Assembly: GCA_963666365.2 (NCBI GenBank) | Contig: CAXXNF010000002.1 | Span: 864,001-928,000, forward strand | Length of the DNA stretch: 64,000 nucleotides | Source of the DNA: Syntrophales bacterium | GTDB lineage: Bacteria > Desulfobacterota > Syntrophia > Syntrophales > UBA2210 | Reading direction: 5' to 3' | Part shown: positions 48,125-57,491 of the stretch, in pieces | Numbering within the stretch: the stretch's first letter is position 1 | Layout: every line of letters starts with the position of its first letter | Program-made: the position numbers and the translations under genes | Notes under the pieces: model-generated | Database searches by the model: none | Told to the model about the DNA's origin: nothing | What the model saw: the letters and a program-made list of their open reading frames with translations, nothing else

Positions 48125-49222
48125 ATGTCGGAAATCTCCAATTCTGAGTACATACTCATTATAGATGATGAAGAATCCATTCGAGACGGCTGCAGACAAG
48201 CCCTTGAAAGATTTGGATTTCGAGTGCTTGCTGCGGCTGACGGCCAGGAAGGCATTAAAATCGCAAGAGAAATAGGACCGGCAATTGTATTTGTCGACCT
48301 GAAAATGCCCACGGTTTCCGGTATGGACGTAATCGAGGTGCTTTCGAGAGATATTGACGACATCGTGCTTATCGTCATTACGGGATACGCATCAATACTT
48401 TCCGCGGTAGAATCCCTCAAAAAAGGTGCCTATGATTACATCCCCAAGCCTTTTACCCCTGATCAACTCAGAGCGGTAGCCCGCCGCGCCCTGGATCACC
48501 GTAACCTTAAAATCGAGGCGAAAAAGCTTAAAGAGGAACGCGATCAAATCGAAAAAAACTTCATTACTTTCGTGAGTCACGAAATGCGCTCACCCCTTGC
48601 CACGATTCAGCAGTACATGGAAGCCCTCAGACTTGTGAGCGGCGATTGTCTCAGCACGGAGGCAATGGATATTATTGAACGGTGCAGCAAGCGGATTCAG
48701 AATTTGGAAGCGCTGGTGGAACGCTGGCTTGACATAAGCCGAATCGAAAACGAAACCTTTGCATCCGATGTCGAGCCTGTAAAGCTCATAACCGTGGTTG
48801 ACCGGGCTTCTGAAGAAATGTCCCATCTCTGTCAAATCCGCGGTCTCACCGTTGACACCGATATCCCCCCCGATCTGCCGGAAATCAAAGGCGACAAAGA
48901 AAGCCTGGTGCGGGTTCTCATAAACATCATCGGCAATGCAACCAAGTACACCGCCAGTGGAGGAACCATTTCGATTCACGCGCACCATGACGACCACTAC
49001 GTCAGCCTCAGCATCACGGACACCGGCGCCGGAATCCCGCGCGAGAAACTCCCTCTCATCTTTGAGCCCTTTTACCGCGTCGGAGGCAAAGAGGAACAGC
49101 ACAGAGGATCAGGACTTGGACTCACCTTCTGCAAAAAGATTATGGAGGCTCACAATGGAACTATCGGTGTGAGTTCTGAGGTGAATAAGGGAACAACGTT
49201 TACTCTCACTTTTCCTCGTTAG
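48125..49222 (+). CDS. Hybrid receiver-histidine kinase
   Basis: REC 'IIDDE..DLKMP..PKPF' plus 'SHEMRSPL', 'NATKY', 'GSGLGL'. Confidence 0.92.
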   Translation: MSEISNSEYILIIDDEESIRDGCRQALERFGFRVLAAADGQEGIKIAREIGPAIVFVDLKMPTVSGMDVIEVLSRDIDDIVLIVITGYASILSAVESLKKGAYDYIPKPFTPDQLRAVARRALDHRNLKIEAKKLKEERDQIEKNFITFVSHEMRSPLATIQQYMEALRLVSGDCLSTEAMDIIERCSKRIQNLEALVERWLDISRIENETFASDVEPVKLITVVDRASEEMSHLCQIRGLTVDTDIPPDLPEIKGDKESLVRVLINIIGNATKYTASGGTISIHAHHDDHYVSLSITDTGAGIPREKLPLIFEPFYRVGGKEEQHRGSGLGLTFCKKIMEAHNGTIGVSSEVNKGTTFTLTFPR

Positions 49223-49245
49223 GGGTTACAGGCAGACGCCGCTAT

Positions 49246-49470
49246 ATGGATATTTTTGACTCAAAATGTTATGAATTTCACGAAGAGGATCTTTCAGATC
49301 AGTGCTTTATCTGTAAGCATAATTCAAAAAAATGCTTTATCATGCGACACATCGGAAGCATGAAGATGGTCCATCTCTGCGAATCCTGCATGCTGTCGCA
49401 TCTTTCCGAGTATTATCTGGACAACACGCGCCCGTGGATCGGCAAAAGCGATCGTAAACAGCGGAAATAA
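49246..49470 (+). CDS. Small Cys-rich (CxxC...CxxC) hypothetical protein
   Basis: 74 aa; 'CFIC' and 'HLCESC'; fills the gap after the hybrid kinase. Confidence 0.6.
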   Translation: MDIFDSKCYEFHEEDLSDQCFICKHNSKKCFIMRHIGSMKMVHLCESCMLSHLSEYYLDNTRPWIGKSDRKQRK

Positions 49471-49524
49471 AATCCTCTTGATCATGATGGTGTAAAATAA
49501 GTATGGCATGCCCTATTGAGTCTA

Positions 49525-50328
49525 TCAGAGCCACCGTTTTCTCCGCTTATAGGACTTCACATCACCATAGGATTTTTTGTCACCCGTAGCGGCCATTCCA
49601 AGGTAGAACTCCTTTACGTCGGGGTTTTCTTTGAGATCGCCCGCGGAGCCTTCCATAACGATTTTACCGTTTTCCATCACGTACCCGTAATGGGCGATCT
49701 GCAGGGCGATATTGGCGTTCTGTTCCACCAGGACGATGGTTGTCTTCTGTTCTTCGTTAATTCTCTTTATGATCTTGAATATTTCGCGCACAATCAGGGG
49801 AGCAAGTCCAAGCGACGGTTCGTCGAGAAGCAGCAGTTTTGGATGGGCCATAAGCGCTCTTCCCATGACAAGCATTTGAAGTTCTCCGCCGCTGCAATAG
49901 CCCGCCATCGATTTTTTACGGGCCTTCAAAGCGGGGAAATACTCGTATATGAGATCCATATCTTTTTTGTAGGGCTTCCCCCACCTCGTTGCCGTACCGA
50001 CCCTCAAATTTTCTTCAATGGTGAGATATTTGAAAGGCTGTCGCCCCTCGAGCACCTGGATGATGCCCTTGCGTGTAATCGCCTCGGGAGATGAATTCTG
50101 TATCCTCATCCCCTGATATTCGATGGTGCCGTCGGTAACCTCGCCGTTTTCCGTTTTGAGGAGTCCCGAAATCGCCTTCAGCGTTGATGTTTTTCCCGCG
50201 CCGTTGCTTCCCAGAAGTGATACGATATCCCCTTCTTGTACAGAAAGAGACACGCCCTTGAGCACTTGAATCACGTCGGAATAGACAACACTGATATTGT
50301 TCAATTGAAGCATGGGAGTGATATCCAT
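49525..50328 (-). CDS. ABC transporter ATP-binding protein (LivF-like)
   Basis: 'GSNGAGKT', 'SGGELQM', 'LLLDEPSLGLAP'. Confidence 0.93.
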   Translation of the reverse strand: MDITPMLQLNNISVVYSDVIQVLKGVSLSVQEGDIVSLLGSNGAGKTSTLKAISGLLKTENGEVTDGTIEYQGMRIQNSSPEAITRKGIIQVLEGRQPFKYLTIEENLRVGTATRWGKPYKKDMDLIYEYFPALKARKKSMAGYCSGGELQMLVMGRALMAHPKLLLLDEPSLGLAPLIVREIFKIIKRINEEQKTTIVLVEQNANIALQIAHYGYVMENGKIVMEGSAGDLKENPDVKEFYLGMAATGDKKSYGDVKSYKRRKRWL

Positions 50329-50340
50329 GACTGCAGCTCC

Positions 50341-51420
50341 TTAGTATGAAAACGGCCATAGGCGAAAGCTTGAACGCACAATGCGCCATACCTCGGCTAA
50401 TCCTCGCGGTTCGAAAATAATGAACAGCACAATGGCCCCGCCAAAAGCCAGCTCTCTGAGGGGGGCGAGTGTGAGTTCGATACCCTGCATCATTCCCGTG
50501 TTCATCAGAAAATCGGTAAACCAGCGCAGACCTTCATTCAGGAATGTAATAAAGGTGGCGCCGAATATGGCGCCTGAAACGCTTCCCAGCCCTCCAATAA
50601 TCACCATGGCGATATATTCAACGGAAAGGCCCAGGGTGAAAGGTTCCGCCGATATGCTGGTCATGTAGAACGCCCACAGCCCCCCGGCGAGACCCGCATA
50701 GAACGAACTGATGCCGAAAGAAAGTATCTTGTAGCGGAATATTGGAATTCCCATACCTTCGGCGGCCCGATCATTGTCCCGTATGGCGATGAATGCGCGT
50801 CCGTATCGCGTTCTCACAATATTGACGGCCACAAGGGTCATGGCGATCAAAAAGATGTAGGATACGTAAAAGTATTTGACGTCCCCTTCCAGTGCGAAGC
50901 CGAACAGGGAGGGCATGGGCAGGACAATCCCCATGGTGCCCTTCGTCAGGCTTTCCCAGTGAATCAGCACATACTCAATTATAAACTGGCCGGCAAGTGT
51001 GGCGATGGTAAGGTAGAGTCCCTTCAGACGACCGGAGGGCAACCCGAATATCATTCCGACAAAGGCCGTCACAACACCTCCCGCAATAACGGCCGGAAGG
51101 AAGGGAAAGTGGAGATCAGTCGCCAGAATGGCGGCGGCATAGGCACCCACACCGAAAAATGCACCGTGGCCCAATGAAATCTGGCCGGTGAAACCGACAA
51201 GAATATTAAGTCCCAGGGCCGCGATCGAGGTAATCGCCACAAGATTCAACACATACATCGTATAGGGGCCGCATATCAAGGGCACTGCCGTGAAGAGAAT
51301 CAAAAGTCCGATACCCACGCATATTCTGCCGAAATCGGTTTCGAATATTTTCAGTTCCTCATTATAATTTTCAAAATAATTGCCGCAGGGATGCAGCGAC
51401 AGCCTTTTCAGTTTCCTCAT
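50341..51420 (-). CDS. ABC transporter permease (LivM-like)
   Basis: 'GFTGQISLGH', 'GLYLTIATLA', 'GRAFIAIRDN'. Confidence 0.92.
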   Translation of the reverse strand: MRKLKRLSLHPCGNYFENYNEELKIFETDFGRICVGIGLLILFTAVPLICGPYTMYVLNLVAITSIAALGLNILVGFTGQISLGHGAFFGVGAYAAAILATDLHFPFLPAVIAGGVVTAFVGMIFGLPSGRLKGLYLTIATLAGQFIIEYVLIHWESLTKGTMGIVLPMPSLFGFALEGDVKYFYVSYIFLIAMTLVAVNIVRTRYGRAFIAIRDNDRAAEGMGIPIFRYKILSFGISSFYAGLAGGLWAFYMTSISAEPFTLGLSVEYIAMVIIGGLGSVSGAIFGATFITFLNEGLRWFTDFLMNTGMMQGIELTLAPLRELAFGGAIVLFIIFEPRGLAEVWRIVRSSFRLWPFSY

Positions 51421-51443
51421 GCCCGTTGTCCTTTATGCATGTG

Positions 51444-52322
51444 CTACACCCGTTCGATTTCGACGAGGCCGAAGAGACCGTAGGGTCTCACCATAAGAAT
51501 GAATATCAGGAATATATAGGGAACGACATCCCGAAGAGAGGGGGAAATATATCCTCCCGTAAAGGTTTCCAGGAGGCCGATAATGAGCGCGGCGATAATA
51601 GCGCCGCCTATACTGTCAAGCCCGCCGAGAATAACGACGGGAAAGACCTTCAGCCCTACCGCGGACAGATCGTGCACATTGATTCCATTGATGATGCCGA
51701 GCACAATGCCACTCATGCCGGCAACAAGGGCGGCAATTGCCCAGGAGAGAGCGAACACCCTGCGGACGTGCACTCCCAGCGACATGGCCGCGGACTGATT
51801 ATCCGCAACGGACCGCATATAAATTCCCTGCGATGAATACTTGAAGAAGAGTCCGAATATAATGAGGAACGCCAGACCGATTATGATCGCCGTTACATAG
51901 ACCGGCGGCACAGTAATGTTTCCTAGATCTACTGCAAGCCATTTCGGAAGAAAATCGGGATAGATATAGAGGTTGCCTCCCCACACAAGCAGCATGAACC
52001 CCTTCAGCATGGCGGCGAGACCTACGGTGAGCATGATCACGTAAATAAGCGGCTCGCCGATCAACGGGCGCAGAAACAGCCGCTCAATCACGAACCCCAG
52101 CACGAAGCTTCCGGCCAGTGCGACAAGAAATGCAAAAAAAACAGGCAATCCCGCCCACGTTACAAGGGTAAGAAATATATAGGCGCCCAGCGCAAGCAAT
52201 TCACCATGGGCAAAATTAAGGACGCTCGATGATTTAAAGATCATGACAAATCCCATAGCAGCCAATCCGTAAAGAAAACCGATGCTTATGCCGTTGATCA
52301 AAAGTTGCAGGAAAAATTCCAT
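51444..52322 (-). CDS. ABC transporter permease (LivH-like)
   Basis: 'NFAHGE', 'VILGGLDS', 'RPYGLFG'. Confidence 0.92.
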   Translation of the reverse strand: MEFFLQLLINGISIGFLYGLAAMGFVMIFKSSSVLNFAHGELLALGAYIFLTLVTWAGLPVFFAFLVALAGSFVLGFVIERLFLRPLIGEPLIYVIMLTVGLAAMLKGFMLLVWGGNLYIYPDFLPKWLAVDLGNITVPPVYVTAIIIGLAFLIIFGLFFKYSSQGIYMRSVADNQSAAMSLGVHVRRVFALSWAIAALVAGMSGIVLGIINGINVHDLSAVGLKVFPVVILGGLDSIGGAIIAALIIGLLETFTGGYISPSLRDVVPYIFLIFILMVRPYGLFGLVEIERV

Positions 52323-52354
52323 CTACATGCCTCCATATTGTGGAACCTTTTTTC

Positions 52355-54286
52355 TCAGGTATCCAGTATTCTCACCGTTGTTTCTATGGTACCGGTGCGA
52401 CCGTCCCGGTAATGCACCTTCCCCTTTACCGCCACTTCTCTTTCATCACGATACATGCCCTCGATGAGCTTCAGGTAGAGCCCGTAGACAAAGCGCCTCC
52501 GCACCTTCCCCGTTCTGGTAAGTTCCTCGTCATCGGCATCGAGCAGTTTATAGAGCAGCAGGAATCTGCGAATTCTCATCGGTTCCGGCAGCCGTTCATT
52601 CACCGCCCTCAACTCCGAGAGTATAAGCTGCTCCACCGGCTCCTGCTGGGAAAGATCTGTGTAGGTGGTATAGGGAATCATTCGGTCTTCAGCCCAGTTC
52701 CCCACATTGCCCATGTCGATGTTTATAAATGCCGCAATATAAGGGCGACCCTCGCCGAATACCACCGCCTCCTTGATGTAAGGGCTGAATTTTAAACGAG
52801 TCTCAATAAAATCGGGAGAAAAGGCTCTCCCCTCTTTGTCTCGTATAATCTCTTCCTTTCTTCCGATAATCACGAGATGACCGTCATCATCTATATACCC
52901 GGCATCGCCGGTTTTCAGCCATCCTTCATCGAATGCCGCCTCGGTGGCCTCATAATCTTTATGATATCCCATGAACCGAGACGGACTTGATACAAGCACT
53001 TCGCCGTTTTCAGAAATCTTTACCCGCGTGCGAGGAAGCGGCACCCCTACTGTCTCTGCCTTTACCTCGTCATCGGGTTGAACCTGGAAGATGCCGCCCG
53101 CCTCCGTCAGCCCATAGCACTGCTTCAGATTGAGACCGATGGAACGGAAGAAACGTATCACATCGGGGCTTATGGGATGCCCCCCCGTATAGGCGCTTTC
53201 CAACCGTGCACAGCCGATACGGTCGAGAAGAGGATGGTAGACGGTAAGGGCTGCAAATTGGTGAAGCAGCTTCAGTGAAAGGGGTACGGGGCTTTTTTCG
53301 CTTCTCAGATCGAAGACCCTGCCCCCGATTCGCTCCGCCCAGGAAAAGAACAGACGTTTCACCAATCCCGCATCGGCGATCTTTACACGGATCGACGAGG
53401 CGAGATCCTCCCAGAATCTGGATGAAGTGATGATCACCTGCGGACCGAGCTCACGAAAATCTTCCGTGATTGTTTCCGGCGTTTCGGGAAAATTCATTGC
53501 CATGGCGCCCACCAATGCCACCCCCACACCCCACATCTGATCGACAATCCAGGGAGGCGGTGATATGGAAAGCCAGTTTGAATCGATTCCGATGGGGGCC
53601 GTCTCAAGCCACTTTCTTGCAATGTCAATGAAGTTTGCGTGCGACAGCATGGCGAGCTTTGCCACGCCCGTCGTCCCCGATGTCATTATCATGACCGCAA
53701 TATCATTGGGTTTCCCCTTTTTAATTTCTTCTTCGATCACCCCGGGATGTGCAATTCCGTACCGTTCGCCCAGTTCAAGCAACTCTCGAAAGCTCAAAAG
53801 CCAGGGATCGTCATAGGTGCGCATGCCTGTGGGATCGACATAAATCACCTTTCGCACGGCAGGGATTTTGTCTCTCACTTCTATGAGCTTATCAACCTGC
53901 TCCTGATCCTGGGCAATCACAAAGACCGAATCCGCCCTGTTGAGTCCATGGGCAAGTTCCGCACCAATGGCCGAGGTAAAGAGGTTAAGCGTGACGCCGC
54001 CCAGAGCCTGTCCGGCCAGTTCGCTGAACAGCCATTCCTGATGGTTATCCATAATGATCGCCAGGTGCTCTCCCCGTTTGAATCCCAGCGCCTTTAAACC
54101 CAGTCCTGTTTTTTTGACATAGGACCAGTACCCTTTCCAGTCATGAGCCTGCCAGATACCATAGGCCTTTTCCCGTATCGCCGTACAGTCGGATGAAAGG
54201 GTCGCGGCATGCCGCATCAGTATCTGAGGCAGCGTAAGCCGTTCCATTTCATTCAGGCTTTCTGTGTCAATCTTCTGCATCTTCAT
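52355..54286 (-). CDS. AMP-dependent acyl-CoA synthetase (long-chain fatty acid-CoA ligase family)
   Basis: 'TSGTTG..K', 'YGLTE', 'TGDAG', 'ELTRTGKVRR'. Confidence 0.9.
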   Translation of the reverse strand: MKMQKIDTESLNEMERLTLPQILMRHAATLSSDCTAIREKAYGIWQAHDWKGYWSYVKKTGLGLKALGFKRGEHLAIIMDNHQEWLFSELAGQALGGVTLNLFTSAIGAELAHGLNRADSVFVIAQDQEQVDKLIEVRDKIPAVRKVIYVDPTGMRTYDDPWLLSFRELLELGERYGIAHPGVIEEEIKKGKPNDIAVMIMTSGTTGVAKLAMLSHANFIDIARKWLETAPIGIDSNWLSISPPPWIVDQMWGVGVALVGAMAMNFPETPETITEDFRELGPQVIITSSRFWEDLASSIRVKIADAGLVKRLFFSWAERIGGRVFDLRSEKSPVPLSLKLLHQFAALTVYHPLLDRIGCARLESAYTGGHPISPDVIRFFRSIGLNLKQCYGLTEAGGIFQVQPDDEVKAETVGVPLPRTRVKISENGEVLVSSPSRFMGYHKDYEATEAAFDEGWLKTGDAGYIDDDGHLVIIGRKEEIIRDKEGRAFSPDFIETRLKFSPYIKEAVVFGEGRPYIAAFINIDMGNVGNWAEDRMIPYTTYTDLSQQEPVEQLILSELRAVNERLPEPMRIRRFLLLYKLLDADDEELTRTGKVRRRFVYGLYLKLIEGMYRDEREVAVKGKVHYRDGRTGTIETTVRILDT

Positions 54287-54319
54287 CGATACCGGTCACG
54301 CACTCTCTCGCATTATTTA

Positions 54320-55147
54320 TTAAATTTCCGTTTTATCGCCAAGATAGGCCATAATTACCTCAGGATCGTTTTGTATTTCTTCGGGGGTCCCTTCCGTGAG
54401 CTTTTGACCGAAATTCAAAGCCACCACCCTCTTGGATATAGTCATTACCACCGACATATCATGTTCAACCAGAATCATGGTCTGTTTCCAGGTCTTATTC
54501 AGCTCCACAAGGAACCGGACCATGTCCTCCTTTTCTTCAAGGTTCATGCCGGCGAAGGGCTCATCCAGCACGAGCAGCTTCGGTTCCAGGGCCAGCGCCC
54601 TCCCCAACTCAACACGTTTTCTCAAACCGTAGGGAAGCGAGCCGACAAGCTTCTTTCGGATCGATTGCATTTCCAGAAAATCGATTATTTCCTCCACGAC
54701 CCTGCGGTGTCTGATCTCTTCCTTTCTGACGGATGGCAGAAAGAAACAGGCACTCGCAACATCATAGCGGGTATGGACATGGCGCGCCAGCAGCATATTC
54801 GACAACACGGTCATGCCCGGGAAAAGCTCAATATTCTGAAAACTGCGACCGATTCCCTTTGTCACCAGCGCATGAGTCGGAAGGCCCGTTATATTTTCTC
54901 CGTTGAAAATAATGGTCCCCTTTTGCGGCCGGTAATATCCGGTAAGACAATTGAGCAAACTTGTCTTGCCGGCGCCGTTCGGCCCAATTACCGCCAGCAA
55001 CTCACCTGTTGCCACGGACATGCTGATATCGGAGAGCGCCATCAGACCGCCAAACTTCAACGATAGATCGACCACCGACAGCTCGGCCCTGCGTGATCTC
55101 TCGTCTCTTGATTCAAATATGCTCAGCTGCCCGCGAAATGTCTTCAT
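54320..55147 (-). CDS. ABC transporter ATP-binding protein (LivG-like)
   Basis: 'GPNGAGKT', 'LPYG', 'LDEP', 'EHDM', 'AYLG'. Confidence 0.93.
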   Translation of the reverse strand: MKTFRGQLSIFESRDERSRRAELSVVDLSLKFGGLMALSDISMSVATGELLAVIGPNGAGKTSLLNCLTGYYRPQKGTIIFNGENITGLPTHALVTKGIGRSFQNIELFPGMTVLSNMLLARHVHTRYDVASACFFLPSVRKEEIRHRRVVEEIIDFLEMQSIRKKLVGSLPYGLRKRVELGRALALEPKLLVLDEPFAGMNLEEKEDMVRFLVELNKTWKQTMILVEHDMSVVMTISKRVVALNFGQKLTEGTPEEIQNDPEVIMAYLGDKTEI

Positions 55148-55150
55148 GGG

Positions 55151-56356
55151 TTACCTGCTGATAACTTTTACCGGTTCTTTTCCGGGTATGAAGAAATTGG
55201 TCAGGGGAACGAATGTTCCATCTTCTTTTACCTGAACAATCCTTGCCGTGAACGATCCCTCATGATTATCCGGGGAATAGCTTACATCTGGAAGAAGGCC
55301 GCCGAAATGTTCATTTTTGAAGCTTTCCATTGCCTTGTTAATTGATTCCCTGCTGATTTTGCCCGATTGTTCCTTTGCGCGCCTCAGCGCCCGCTCCATG
55401 ATCATTCCAATAGAAACGCCTTCCCAGTATGCAGCGTCAAAGGAATTCACCGTTTTATATTTCTTCCACAGCACTTCCATGATCTCCATGCCTTCGGAGT
55501 TGTCTCCGGGAAGCCCCCCGGGAAATTGAATTCTTAACCGGTCGCGAATAAGTCCTTCACCCATCTTGAAGAAGTCAGGATCAGTGGATGTCCAGGTGCC
55601 GAAGAACTGGGGGGCGTACCCGATACGGTCGGCGCTCTTGAATGTGGTGACGATCGCGGCAGGAAGCATCTGCATGAAGATATAGTCGGCGCCGTTTTTC
55701 TGAAGGCGAAGCAGTTCCGTGGTCAGATCGACTGTTTTCGGAGGAAATTCCTCGATACTGACAATTTCCACACCCAGCTTTTCCGCATACTCGCGGCTCG
55801 GATTATGGATAGATCTTCCGTAGGCATTGTTATAGGTCAGAAGTCCTACTTTCGGTTTTTCACTTTTTCCATGTATTTTCTTTATATATTCAAGGATTGC
55901 ATAACAATCGAGGCGATAGCTCCCGAAGGGAAGGTACATATAGTCGACGGGCGATTCGAGAATTTCCCAGCTTGTGGAATAATTAATCGTGGGAATCTTG
56001 TATCTCTGCACGAGAGGCTTTGCGGCAAGCCCCTCGCCGGCGCCCCATGTCGCAATCATATGTGCCCGATCCCTTACTGCAAATTTCCTTACCGCTGCCA
56101 CGGCCTCCTGAACTTTATACATCGTATCGACAAGAATCATATCGATTTTCTGCCCATCGATACCGTTTTTTGTTTCATTGATGTAGTTGAAATAATCCTG
56201 TTGTCCCTTTGCATGATACTGCCCCCATGTGGAAGCGGGGCCGGTCAAGTTTATGGCTGCCCCGATTTTAATCGTTTCCGCAGCGACCACCGTTCCACAG
56301 GCAAATGCTGCAATCAGCATCACCATGAAGACTATACCTACCGTTTTTTTCATCAC
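55151..56356 (-). CDS. ABC transporter substrate-binding protein (LivK/PBP6-like)
   Basis: Signal peptide, 'IKIGAAINLTGP', 'NGIDG'; AGGAGG SD. Confidence 0.9.
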   Translation of the reverse strand: MMKKTVGIVFMVMLIAAFACGTVVAAETIKIGAAINLTGPASTWGQYHAKGQQDYFNYINETKNGIDGQKIDMILVDTMYKVQEAVAAVRKFAVRDRAHMIATWGAGEGLAAKPLVQRYKIPTINYSTSWEILESPVDYMYLPFGSYRLDCYAILEYIKKIHGKSEKPKVGLLTYNNAYGRSIHNPSREYAEKLGVEIVSIEEFPPKTVDLTTELLRLQKNGADYIFMQMLPAAIVTTFKSADRIGYAPQFFGTWTSTDPDFFKMGEGLIRDRLRIQFPGGLPGDNSEGMEIMEVLWKKYKTVNSFDAAYWEGVSIGMIMERALRRAKEQSGKISRESINKAMESFKNEHFGGLLPDVSYSPDNHEGSFTARIVQVKEDGTFVPLTNFFIPGKEPVKVISR

Positions 56357-56382
56357 ATCGCCCTCCTTTTCGGCTTATCACT

Positions 56383-56415
56383 AAAAAAAGGGCCGTGTAT
56401 GTGTTCCACGACCCT
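56383..56415 (-). terminator. Second terminator-like hairpin in the ABC operon leader
   Basis: Minus strand AGGGTCGTG-gaacacata-CACGGCCCT followed by a T-tract. Confidence 0.65.
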
Positions 56416-56423
56416 CAATAACT

Positions 56424-56462
56424 AAAAAGCCGTGGGAGACTCCTTCAGCCTGCCCACGGCTT
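56424..56462 (-). terminator. Attenuator terminator hairpin
   Basis: Minus strand AAGCCGTGGG ... CCCACGGCTT (10-bp perfect stem) ending in TTTTT. Confidence 0.75.
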
Positions 56463-56479
56463 ATACACTGTTTACTCTT

Positions 56480-56551
56480 CTACAAGCCCGATCGGCAGAC
56501 CTCCCAGGTAAAGCTAAAAAAGTCAAATGTGCATTTCCTGTGTAGAAGCAT
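56480..56551 (-). CDS. Putative Phe-rich leader peptide MLLHRKCTFDFFSFTWEVCRSGL
   Basis: 23-codon uORF with four TTT Phe codons within six codons, followed by terminator hairpins; GAGG upstream. Confidence 0.65.
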   Translation of the reverse strand: MLLHRKCTFDFFSFTWEVCRSGL

Positions 56552-56631
56552 TAACCCTTTTCCTCGTACAGCTATTTTTACAACTGGCCCTTCTATTAAT
56601 TGTTGTTGCCAAAAATGTCAAGCAATTTTTG

Positions 56632-57480
56632 TTATTTTATGTGTTTGAAAAATTTTACGTCCGGCGTCACGACCACTTTCGTCTTTTCGTTCAATGCCGT
56701 TTTGTAGGCCTCGAGACTTCTGAAATATTCAAAAAAATCCACATCCTGCTCGTAGGCCCGGGCGTAGATTTTTATTGCTTCCGCATCACCCTCGCCTTTC
56801 AAATTTTCTGATTCCTTGTAGGCCTTCGCCAGAATAATAGTCCGCTCCATGTCCGCTTTTGCCGTAATTTTCTTTGACTCTTCCTCCCCTTCCGACCGGT
56901 ACTGCCGGGCCTGGCGCTCCCTCTCCGCCTTCATTCTCCCAAAGACGTGCTTTTCGTTCTGTTCGGGAAGGTCGGCACGCTTTATCCTGACATCAACAAC
57001 CTGTATTCCATACTCCTTTGCTTTCAGTGCCGATGCCTCCGTCACTTTGTGCATAATATCGCCCCGCGTTGTCGATACAATATCGGATAGATCGTGCTGC
57101 CCCAGTTCCACTCTGAGCTGCGCATAGACAATATCGTCGAGGCGGGCCTGCGCCCCTGCTTCGGTCCGTACGGTTTTGTAAAACCGCAGAGGGTTTTCTA
57201 TCTTCCACTTGGTATAATTGTCCACTACAAGGTTTTTTTTGTCTTTTGTGAGGATTTCCGTGGGAGTGGCATCGTAGAGTACGATTCTGTTTTCAAAATA
57301 TTCCACCTGCTGAATAAAGGGTATCTTGAAATGAAGCCCCGCCATGGCCACACCATCGATGGGTTTGCCCAACTGTATAACGATTGCCTGCTTGGTCTGG
57401 TCGACCGTGAACACACAAAAAGAAATGCCTATCACGACAACCAGCACTATGACAAATATAATGGGTCCTTTTCTTTTCAT
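56632..57480 (-). CDS. hflC: FtsH modulator HflC
   Basis: SPFH domain; 'GLHFKIPF', 'TKDKKNL.VD', 'RMKAER', 'RSLEAY'. Confidence 0.93.
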   Translation of the reverse strand: MKRKGPIIFVIVLVVVIGISFCVFTVDQTKQAIVIQLGKPIDGVAMAGLHFKIPFIQQVEYFENRIVLYDATPTEILTKDKKNLVVDNYTKWKIENPLRFYKTVRTEAGAQARLDDIVYAQLRVELGQHDLSDIVSTTRGDIMHKVTEASALKAKEYGIQVVDVRIKRADLPEQNEKHVFGRMKAERERQARQYRSEGEEESKKITAKADMERTIILAKAYKESENLKGEGDAEAIKIYARAYEQDVDFFEYFRSLEAYKTALNEKTKVVVTPDVKFFKHIK

Positions 57481-57491
57481 CGATCCCTCCC

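Noticed and set aside
54209..55066. 285-aa ORF on + (also 25018-25797 +, 59319-60128 -, 4535-5179 -)
   Set aside because: Antisense shadows of well-supported genes.
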